This document shows positions 53,621 to 64,000 of a stretch of 64,000 bases of DNA, in pieces (position 1 is the first letter of the stretch; every line of letters begins with the position of its first letter). The DNA is from Lama glama (lineage: Eukaryota): assembly GCA_028534125.1 (NCBI GenBank), contig CM052816.1:81160001-81224000 (forward strand), given 5' to 3'. The translations under genes were made by a program, and so were the position numbers. Under the pieces are notes generated by a model that did not search any database, was not told the origin of the DNA, and worked only from the letters and a program-made list of their open reading frames with translations.

Positions 53621-56156
53621 CCACTCGGCCCCTCGGCTCCTTTCAATAGTGTTTATAGAATGAATAGACAGATAAGAAGCCCCAATCGGTGTCACACGTA
53701 GCATTTCTCCACCATTTCATTGACCCCAAACAAAACATCCTGGCATTATCACTAATCCTCTGTTCCAGACTTCACTCTTACGACTTCATCAATGGTTGCT
53801 TTTAACAGAGACCAACTCTGGCTAAATTCATGAAAGTAAAGGGATTTGTTGAAAGGTAAGTTTAGGCAACAGAATTTAAGCAACTGCTGACTGGCAAATA
53901 TTGGAAAGGACAGAATCCAGGCAAAACCAGGGAATAAAGTAGCAGGAGGTAATAGCCTCTTTGGGCCTCCACCATTGGGATAAATGAACTTCGGCTATTT
54001 TCAGTCCTTAAGTCACTCTGCATCTAGCCTCAAATTCCATCTTTGGGATCCCCTGTCCAGCCCTAGGCCATGGGATAGAGAAAGGATGAGGCACCTTTCT
54101 GAAAGAAAACAGAGGGGCAGTCACCAAGAGAAGGCTTCACGGATGCTAGGCAGGCAAATGCAAAAAGACTGCTGCGATGACCTTAACACAACCGTGACCG
54201 GAGAGAAAGACTTGTGCTATTGAAAATAGTCAAAGAAATGCACAGTAGAGGCAATACCTAAAGAAAGGGTCCAAAACATTTGGAGAACTGTTTCTTGAAA
54301 GGGCCACTTTTATTAAAACTAAATAAATAAAAGATTATAAAAGAAAAACTCTCATGGACCATCTAGTGTTGTCTTAAATTACTTTTTACTGTCATGCTAT
54401 TTAGATGTATACCAACATAAAACTAGGGGTAAAATCCTTGGATTTATAGCACTTATAAAACTATAAAGCCACCACAAGGTTTAACACTCAAGTCAAACCA
54501 AATGACAAAACCAATATAATTCCGATTACTTACGTAAGTTTAACTTGACAGGTGATATTTTCCTGAAACTGAGCTGAGACTCCCAGCATGAATATAGTGC
54601 TGACCACTGTATCCCAGGCATTCTGGAGTTCAGCACTGCTATGCTATCGCATGCCTGGGGATGACTCAATTCCCCCACACTTTTATCCCTTCAGTCCACT
54701 GGGGAAACCTTGAGACAGCAGGGCCAGGTCGTTACTTGGCTTCATTTGGTGTGAAAATATCTGTGCTCTTTCCTTATGAACCCATGATAATTAGAGTGGT
54801 GTTACCTGGTGTTAATGAATGGAAAACACAGATGAGGACAGACGCATAAAATTTCTTGACAGTGCTCAGTTAGGAGCTGGTCGCTCAGATGATCTGTAAA
54901 ACACTGGTATTAAAATTTTTAAGATTATGTTGGAAATATAATGCAACTTTTAAACTTTCTAATGGAGAATCTGAGGCTATGTCCTTGGAACCCCAGGGAC
55001 CATGACCCTCAGTTTGAGAAACAGTGGTTTAGAGCAATGGCGTCATCCTTAGTATAAATGTGTACCCTCCTAAGATAAACCCTTTGAAGGGTGTGACAAC
55101 GATTTGCTGCTATAAATTCCTAGGTATGTATTCGGTGTAAAATTTCCATATGCATTCTGATAGTTCTTATGCCCTTAATATTCTGCATATTGTATTTAAA
55201 GAGGAAAAATGCCTTACAGCCTTCTGAGAATCTCTATTAAGTAGGTGAAAGCTCTAATTTCCGTTAATACATTAATACATATTTGTCAAATCTGCATAAA
55301 AAAGCATGTAAATTGACTTCATGAGTAGAGGTTAGGATTCAGACCATTCTTCTAGTTAAGAAATTGCTAATAATTAGCTGCTCTTCTTAGTAAATGCACA
55401 TGTAGAGAACTTTACTTTCTAGTGATTGTGAAATACAGTGCTTGATTTTGAAATATTCTTATCCACTAAGACTAAATGACATTCTGCTCTGTTTTTTAAA
55501 AGATCAACTCAACATAATCAAATTTTACATGCATTGTAAACTTTCTAAATAAATTCTAAAAATTATTCTAAATCATATGGCTGAGTTAGATTAAGAATTA
55601 TAATTTCAAAAAAAAAAAAGACAGCACATTGATAGCTGAAAAGAAATGCTTTCATATGTGAGATGAGTCCTCCGAGAATGTTTAAATTTTGCATTTCTAT
55701 TTCTAAAATAATCTCAAAAAACTCTATATTAGCATGTTATGGATCATTTGGGTGACCACTTGTGTTATAACAATGAGAAAGATTTTGATTTTCACTAGGG
55801 AATCAGTCTCTTTAATGTGTAACTGTGCCTTGTTTACAAGTGTATTGGAAACATGAGCAGACAGCACTGTGAATATCTCAATGACAAAGAGATCTCCTAT
55901 CATCCATATGAGAAAAAGCAATCTTCTGTGCGTTAGTTCTAAATGCCAGAGTGATTCTAATTACATACAACTATTTGATGTGCTAGTTTGTGAAAAGAGG
56001 TTATACAGAAACTTCCTCTGAATATTTTATAGTTTTTTTTCCAAAAAATTGATAAATATAATTTTTCAAAATACAATTACCCTTAACTTCCACAGTTGGA
56101 CAGTCAAAGAATTTATCTTTAATAGTAATACATTTAGGGTAAAACGTTCCACTGAC

Positions 56157-56337
56157 TTTTTTTTAATTCTTATTTTTTTATTGAAGCATAGCTGATTTAC
56201 AATGTTAGTTTCAAGTGTACAGCAAAGTGATTCAGTTGTACATATACACACATACATACATGTATTTTCAGTTTCTTTTCCATTACGGCTCATCACAAGA
56301 AACTGAATATAGTTCCCTGTGCTCTACAGTAGGTCCT
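56157..56337 (-). mobile_element. Short L1 3' end
   Basis: poly-T then 'ttgaagcatagctgatttacaatgttag...tatagttccctgtgctctacagtaggtcc'; TSD-like tccactg on both sides. Confidence 0.85.
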
Positions 56338-56372
56338 CCACTGGCATTTTATATCTCTGTATGAAAACTCCC

Positions 56373-56579
56373 TCCTAATGTAAACTACAGACTTTGGTTG
56401 ATAATAATGTGCCCATCAATTGTACCAAATATGCCACACTGATGAGGGATGTTGAGGGTAGGGGAGTATATATGTATGGGTGGGGAGGGTTATGTACGAA
56501 CTCTGTATTTTCTGCTCAATTCTGTTGTGAACCTAAAACTTCTCTAAAAGAATAAAGTCTATTAAAAAAAAACAAAAAA
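56373..56579 (+). mobile_element. Older L1M 3' end with polyA
   Basis: 'aatgtaaactacagactttgg...ctctgtattttctgctcaattctgttgtgaacctaaaac...aataaagtctattaaaaaaaaa'; TSD gaaaactccc on both sides. Confidence 0.8.
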
Positions 56580-57190
56580 GAAAACTCCCATAATGAAACT
56601 GATCATACTGAAGGAATGTAGGGTTTGGCAAGTTTACCTGTTTGCAAAATTCAAACTGAGTTAATAGGTAGGTAATAACAAAAAAAAATTTTTTAGAGGT
56701 TTCTGTATTACCTACCACTTAAAGTGTCACCTTTTACAGTAACTTATAAAAGAAAATTGGATAATTATAGAAATGTCAGAAAATCTCTGTATTATCCCTT
56801 GGTTACTTGTGCATTATGGCTGAAGGAAATGTCCTACAGAAAGTGTTGAGCAAGTTGGGGTCTTCATTTTCTAACTGGATACGAGCCAGCTTATGAGCAT
56901 CACATGATGTAGTATAGATTTGAAACTAGCTAGGTGTGGGGCAGAATACAGGCTTTGCCATCTGTGAACAGTGTGATGTAAGGCATGTCCTTAGCAACTC
57001 TGAACTTCAGTTTCTTTATCCAAGTAAAGAGGATAATAAGATTTACATGTAGGAAATTAGAGGACTTGGCTTATTTTCTAGCTCTCTTATTCACTCTATG
57101 ACTTTGACGAGTCAGATGACCTCTTCAGCCCTACTATCTTTGAATGAAAGTGAAGGGGGTTCTGGGGGAGGAGTGGTTTGGTGTGGTTTC

Positions 57191-57462
57191 TTTTTTTGAA
57201 GTATAGTTAGTTATAATGTGTCAGTTTCTGGTGTACAGCATAATGTTTCAATAATACATATACATACATATATTGATTTTCATATGCTTTTTCATTATAG
57301 GTTACTATAAGATATTGACTATAGTTCCTTGTGCTATACAGAACTTATCTACAAAACAGAAATAGACTCACATAGTAAACAAACTATGGTTATTGGGGAG
57401 AAAGAGGGGAGGGATAAATTGGGAGTTTGAGATTTGCAAATATTAACTACTATATATAAAAA
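57191..57462 (-). mobile_element. L1 3' end with inverted 5' segment (twin-priming structure)
   Basis: 57191-57343 is the reverse complement of the terminal L1 3'UTR; 57341-57462 is the adjacent upstream 3'UTR segment in forward orientation (compare 48779-49080). Confidence 0.85.
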
Positions 57463-57478
57463 AGAAAATGAAAGTTCT

Positions 57479-57665
57479 AATGGTTCTCAACAGAACATTA
57501 TTTCCTCCCACCCCAGGGGCATTCGGAAATGTGTGGAGTGTTTTTTGATTGTCACAAAAACTAAGGGAATCAAAAGGCTACATGCCCTGTAATGGAGAAG
57601 ATAGTCCCATAAACAGGGAATTGTTTCATCTGGAAAACCAGCAGAGTCCTACTGTGAAACTAAAC
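57479..57665. mobile_element. MER20-like hAT MITE remnant
   Basis: 'tggttctcaac...ccccaggggcattcggaaatgtgtggagtgttttttgattgtcacaa'. Confidence 0.6.
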
Positions 57666-59959
57666 CAGATCATCTGTGAAGTTCCTTTCACTCGGACATT
57701 TCATCATTCTATTTTATATCATTGTTTCTTTACTATTTTGTTGGATGAACCAGACAAATGCCATGAGCCACCATGACACACATGAGCCTGTTCATCAAAG
57801 AATGTGGAGTAAGGAACTGGCTTTGGCTGGTTGCAGTAAAGCACACAAGGCAAGTCTAAGAGTGTGTGAGATGGAGGCTTCCCTGAGCTTCCTAAAGTAG
57901 CTCACTGGGGACAGGAGAGGAAACTGACGGTTAATGAGCACACTAGCAGGTGTTCCGACGTGGGTCACCCCACCTGACCCGCACAGCAACCCTACGTGGT
58001 GTGTCCTATTCTCCTTAATTTACAGATGATGAGATCTACCTATAGTTCCAGGGATTTTTTTTTTCCAGTCTACAAGACTTGAATTGTGTGAGTGTGTGTT
58101 TCTAAAATTATAGAAAAAAAGAACAACATGAAGAATAGATAAAAATACTTCCCCCGTTCTGGATTCCTCCCCACCTACCCTTCGGTCACGTGGCCCTGCG
58201 CACCCCACCACCACGCCAAGATCCTAAAGTTTCCACTGGTCAGCAACCAGGCCTGACTGACCCGCAGCCTCAGAGGTAAAAGATGTTCCCCCCTGCCCCA
58301 TGTGCGCCCAGCTCCTTCCCCAAGACAAACCTCTGCTCAAGATTACTGTCAGTCAGACTGTCCATTCCTTTCAGGGCGAAGTCCAGCCTCCACCCTCAGG
58401 ACTGTATGCTGTTCCCTAGCCCCAAAAGACGTCAGAACACATTTCCAGGTCAGTCCATTTGCCAAGTGGGTTCTTCACTCTTGAGTAACACCATGACCGT
58501 AAGGGGTCAGGCACAATCACATCCAGGTCCCTTTGCTCCCAGCAAAGTTCCTTGGCCCCATCTCTCCTCCAGCACAAGGAAAGAGAAGTGGCCCATGAGT
58601 GTTCCCAGACCCTCATGGTCTCCACTCCCCATATGGGAGCACAAAGACATGTTGCTCCATATCAGCAGCAATGACATACAAAACGTCACTGCCTGGATCC
58701 GGACCTAGAAAGCTCTCCCCTGAAGGGACGACAGCGGAAGGTGAGGCAGCTCGAGCCACCATCATAGCCCTGTGTGAGGGGTTCTGCAGATCACATAGCT
58801 CCCACCTCTCTGTTCCTGGAGAGGGTCTTTGCTCCACCTTTCATTACCAAAGGCCAATCTGACTGGTTTCCCCCCAGAACAAAGGGACAACCTATTCAAT
58901 ATATTATGTCAGGAGACTGAAAATGACAGTTTTTCTAGTTTTAGCCCATTAAGTGATGGGACATTGTAGAGTATAATGCCAATCAAGAGTACTTGTTATA
59001 ATCCAACAAACATACACTGATTACCTGTCACGTACCAGGGACAACACCAAGGTTTAAAAGACAAAAATAATTATCGGGAAAAAAATCTCCAGACTCAGGA
59101 ATAAATATGTAAATAAATAAGTTCAGTCACAAGTTCCTGGCAAACAAATTCTAGTAGCAAACCTTTACTGCTGAATATCTGTTTGGCAAGCCTGAGAATT
59201 TTGATTCCAGTCAACCCAAGTCATTCCTGATGGGCATATTTAGACAAGGAAGAGCAGAGGGGGAAGTGGGATTGTTGAAAATAGAAAACGAAGGTAAATC
59301 ATAGCGCTTTTCTGCAATGAGGGGCTTAGGAAGATACAGGAAGCTGAGAGAAGCCTACTTCCTGAGGATTGTACTCTGGGATCATACAGAAGGAAGGAAC
59401 TCAGACATACATAAGGAGGCTTGACAGCCAGAGCTAAACAGAGACACAAGGTGCCCTGGAAGATCTCACAATGTAGCACGTCTTCAAATCAATGCTATTT
59501 TGAAAAACGGCTCAACATTTATTTAGTGAGGTTAGGGTTAGAGGGTTTTCTTATAAAAAGGACATATAACTCCTCCTCCTCTAGCTGCCCTTTCCTCTCC
59601 TTCTCAAATAGTGCTGTCCTAAGGCTACCAGGTAAGACAGAACAAGGTAGGCTTCTGCACCGGAAGAGGAAAGAGCAGTGATGGTCCAGAGCAGGCGTCA
59701 GAGCTCAGCAAGGAGAACACAGTATCCACACACGGGGACAGCTCGGGGGGTAATCAGAGCTCTTGCACGAGGAGGAGAGGGGGTCCCCACAGAGAAGGTG
59801 CCAGGGGGGGCATTGGGGCAAGGGTAAGAAGGATGTCTTTGTGAAAAGGCAGCCCAGCAAGGGATGTCAGCACCCCAGGAGTAAGGAGGGCATCTGGGCA
59901 GTGGAAGGGAGGGCAGCCAGGATGGTAGATTGGCTGCACACAGGAGGGTTGATCAAAGG

Positions 59960-60600
59960 AGTAAACCAGGACAAGGAGCCAGGTTTCTCATGCAGAAGAG
60001 AAGAGAAAATATGGAAAGGAATGAATGAACTCAATGATGATGGATTGGAATTGGTGATATTGGTGTGAAGTCATGGCTTTCAATAAATATAGGTATATAC
60101 AGCAATAAATATAGATGTAAGTATGTGTTCATATACATACATATATTGAGAGAGAGACACACAGACAGAAAATCTATCTGCTAAAAGGGCCAGGGAGCAG
60201 TAACACCTCAATAGCAATGTGCACACCTGGCCCCCAGTTCTTGAATCCTAAACACCATGCTCCACTAAAAGGAACCAGGGCTCCCTGGTTCCCCAGCAAC
60301 TTCAGGCTGGGACAGGGAAAGTATGAGATGAATCTGGAGCATCTTATGCCAGAAAAGCAAGAAGTGCTCAAAGAACGGGGGGACATGTCGGAAGGACACA
60401 GAGCTGGCTTGGATGGAAGGCAAAACAGGGACAATAGATAAAGGTAAACTACAGTAGTAATAGATTATCAGCCGAACCCATGTGCCCATGGTCATATTGA
60501 TAAAACAATCAATGAATTATAGGTTTAATGAGATACAAGAATATTTACATAGCTTCAGAGCCTCTCCCTGCAAAATGCTTATTAATTACAAAGAGGAAAA
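59960..60600 (+). mobile_element. L1MC/L1MD-type 3'UTR remnant
   Basis: 'gctaaaagggccagggagcagtaacacc...ccatgctccactaaaaggaaccagggctcc...gggaaagtatgagatgaatctggagcatctt'. Confidence 0.7.
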
Positions 60601-62384
60601 GAGAAGTCTTAGAGATAAAGAAGTTCTCTGGGTTGGACTTGCAACTTTTCTGTGTGATTGTCCAAAATTATGTGTGTGTATATATATACATAATACATAT
60701 TATATATCCATATGTATTTCTAAAGTGCATGTAGAAACACTAGTTCAATTCTGATTTAAAAAGAGACAATAGTCTGAAAAAAATTCAACAATATATTTCC
60801 AGATTTTCTTTCATTTGGAATTCTCTAGTCCTAGCTAATTATTGGGAGGTGTATAAAATGATGAAGGAAATCTATCAGGAAGCTCCCAGTGCCATGCTTT
60901 AAGTTTCAGAAATCCGGTTGCTTGGGCTGCTGACTTTCAAATGACTGGGTGAGCCTGCAGGTGGGCATTGCAAAATATTTGGGAGACACAGCTTGGTGCT
61001 CAGGTTATTTTATTTCTACTCAAGGGCACCTTCTGTCTGCAGAACCAATTTACCATCGCACTACTGTATTTCTGTGCTGCTTGATTGCCGAATGGATTAC
61101 TGCCCTGAGCAGATGCCTCCTCCCACCACCCCTCCCCAGGCTCTGTTGGAGGCATCACTGTTGGAACCATGGGTGAGTGGAAGAAAGAATTCAACAGTAC
61201 TAACTCGAAGACCATTTGAATAGACATTTAAATGCTCAGGAAGAAAAATGCCTCTTACTGTACACACTAGCTCGGCAAAGCCAAACACATTTGCATACAT
61301 ATTGTTACAAGTGCAGAGGAAAAAAGGCCTAAAAACTTTCTGTCAGGCAAGGGCCTACATATTTAAATTGTTTGCAACATACTCTTTTTAAGATGTATAA
61401 AACACTATAGATAATTCTTCTCAGAGCTGCCATGTATGGTTGAGCAGGTTGTGCACTGCACAAGGGCACCTGGCCAATTCAAGCTATGTCCACTGAAAGA
61501 AAGAGGTACATTTTACATTTTGCACAGAGGAGCTATATGATCCAGCAGCAGCTAGGAGATGTGTTGTGTTGACTTTCCCTTCTAGGTATTGTAGGAAATT
61601 CTCTCTGGCATCACTTGGCTCCTGAGTCAGTCCCAGATTTTGGAATCTGGGCATTGTTCTCTGTCTCCTTGTTCTACATCTGAGGACTGTTCCCCAACGT
61701 CCACTCGCCTGGGACCCCACACTCCAGCCTAAGTGGGCACATCCAGCCCTCACTTAAATTGGACCTCTGGATACTGACTCCTTGCTTGTTTCCTCTGAGC
61801 ATGTCTGTGTTTTATGACAAATTTGGATCTTGCTACCCCATTCCCTGGACTTCTGACCTGGTTTTGTTTGTCCTCCAGCTTGGCCTGTCCTCCAACTTGG
61901 CCTTGACCTGGCAGTCACGTCCTGTTCTAACTCTGTGACTTTCACATGAAGCATACTTCCTAGCCAGCTCTTTGACCTCCTTAGTTCAGCATCGCCATTC
62001 AAAGGAGCATCTTTCTCTTCTGCAACCTTCTTAACAGAAGAGTAGCCATGATGAATTGATGGCCTACTCCAGTGCCTGGAACTGTGTGGACAGCTCTACG
62101 TACATTTATCCTTTGATCCTAAAAGATCCTGGGGTGTGTCAGAGCTCAGAATGTCAGTGCCCCAGTCTTCTTCTTCTGAAAAACACACCTTCTTTCTTTC
62201 AGGCAACTGCTCCCATCACCCTATTAAGACCATGTTGATATAATAGGTGTTGATGTAGCAGGTGTGGCTAATCATAGTTCTCCACCCCTCTGGCCACAGT
62301 AGTGGCTTAGAATACGCCACCCACCTGCCCACCAAGATCTGGTATGTGACCGCAAGTCAGGTGCTAATCATAGTTTTATTTGGC

Positions 62385-62506
62385 TTTTTTTTTTGGTGGG
62401 AGGTAATTAGGTTTTTATTTAATATTTTTAATGGGGATACTGGGGATTGAACCCAGGACCTTGTGCATGCTAGACACACACTCTACAGTTGAGCTATACC
62501 CTCCCC
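62385..62506 (-). mobile_element. tRNA-Ala-derived camelid-type SINE (minus strand)
   Basis: 'gggaggtaattaggttt...ggggattgaacccaggaccttgtgcatgctag...gagctataccctcccc' is the reverse complement of the other copies; no clear TSD. Confidence 0.9.
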
Positions 62507-62704
62507 ACTGTGCTGCAGAAGGTTTTTAACAGAACATTGAGGGGGAGAAGCCTGTTCTTAGGAAGGTGGTGAGGGGGCAGGCTAAGAGGTGGGAGCTGGG
62601 TCTCTAATCTCACTGAAGAGCACTGCAGAGAATGAAACAGACTCAAGGACACAAGAGTCACACTGAGAAAATAAACTTTAACAGCATTTAAATCCCTGAG
62701 ACAT

Positions 62705-62920
62705 ACAATGAATAGTGGTTCTAAGTGTAGGCGTGGAGTCAGAAGGCCTAGGTAACCTTGGGAAGTAACCCCTCTGAGCCTGAGTTTCCACTTTTGTAAA
62801 AAGAAGATAATAATAGTCCTTAACTCATGAGGCTGCTGTGAGGGTTGAACAAATTAATGCATGCGAAGCACGCTGAATGGTGCCTGGCACGTGGTCACGT
62901 CACAATAAATATTCACTATT
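62705..62920. mobile_element. MIR SINE remnant
   Basis: 'ccttgggaagtaacccctctgagcctgagtttcc...tgtaaaa...taatagt...gctgtgagggtt...gtgcctggcac'. Confidence 0.8.
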
Positions 62921-64000
62921 ATAAGCTTCTCCAGTTGTCCATGAGGCTGTCTCCACCCGCTTCCTGCCTTTGATTTGGTTACCAGAGCAAATGGTTTCCA
63001 AGTTAGTGTTTGGTCTCTATTATTTACAACCTCAAGAGTCCTGAGGACTGTGGTCTTCATTTCCCTGAATTCCCAAATTCCAAGAGATGCTCTAGGAGAG
63101 AAAGTTTCCATAGGTAAGCCTGGGCAACTCTTGGATATTCATTGTGTTTTAATTTATCTGTGGCTCCGCCTCTTTGATAGTCTCATTCTATTTTAATATA
63201 TTAAGGCTCTGAGTGACCCTATAATTAAAAAGCTAGTTGAATTTTATTAAACCCACCCCTTCCCAAACTTAGTTAACTTCGGGTCCCTTTCTCTTCCCTG
63301 TGATCTTTTTTTCTTGTTCTACCAAATTAGCGTTCCACAGAGTACACTTTGATATGAGGAACAGAAGACAAAGATGAGAAAGCTGGAGAATCTGCTGAGT
63401 GACAAGGTGAACCCAGATCCATTTGAACCTAAAACACATGTTCTTTCCACATTTCAGTCAGTTCTGTGCACACATACACACGCAACACAAGTACCACTAA
63501 CCACTGGGAAGGGAAGTGTTAGACATTCTGATTTTGAGTTTACGTCTCTGGTTTTACGGTTATTTTCCCAGAGAACAAAGTTTTAAGTGCTTGCTTTTGC
63601 AGATTTGTATATACCATCAAAGTAAGTCGAATTAAAACTTTTTAAGACAATTTTGAATAAAAACGGTCTGAGACATGCAACAACCTCTGAAAAATTCCAA
63701 GAAAGATGGCATTTGTCTTCTGTTTGCCAGAGCCAATTGAGGAAGAAACGCTCCCTGGGGAGATGCTTTTAGTACAATTCCCACTGTCAGTTCCTTTGTC
63801 TTCATTTGTAGGGCAGCCAAATTATTGCACAAGTACTCACATTTCCCTCTAGGCCAAGTCTAGCTTCTGATTCTCCAAAGCTGTCTGTCTTGAACTGTAG
63901 GTCAAGTCTGGGCGATGAATATTATTATTATTATCAGTATTATTATTATGGATTGACATCGCTGGGCGCTAAGACTTACCAGAGGGGACTTTTGGGCCAA

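Noticed and set aside
62259..62375. Direct repeat caggtg(tg)gctaatcatagtt spaced ~100 bp apart
   Set aside because: Only two copies within what looks like MaLR-type LTR sequence; not an array and not the TSD of the adjacent SINE.

Overview
Mammalian genomic DNA, most likely a camelid (alpaca/llama/camel), judged from seven copies of a tRNA-Ala-derived SINE of the Vic-1 type and the absence of recognisable Alu, Bov-tA/CHR, PRE1 or CanSINE. The window holds the 5' part of NPR3 (natriuretic peptide clearance receptor, NPR-C) on the minus strand: coding exons 1-3 (35817-35061, 25855-25733, 15497-15331; 349 codons, all GT-AG, phases consistent). It also holds the NPR3 CpG-island promoter (~33.2-38.5 kb), ~15 kb of intron 3 (exon 4 not found, presumably left of position 1) and ~28 kb of repeat-rich upstream DNA. 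Most remaining sequence is interspersed repeats (L1/HAL1, L2, MIR, hAT MITEs, ERVL/MaLR LTRs, a nested fossil ERVL pol) and simple repeats. I found no evidence of a novel multi-gene system. The most interesting observations are two candidate alternative first exons for NPR3, an L1 insertion with a foreign polyadenylated 3' end, a twin-primed inverted L1, a perfect 15-bp hairpin in intron 1, a local CpG/GC spike around exon 2, and a nested transposon cluster. Repeat family names are by-eye recognition and their boundaries are approximate unless TSDs are given.
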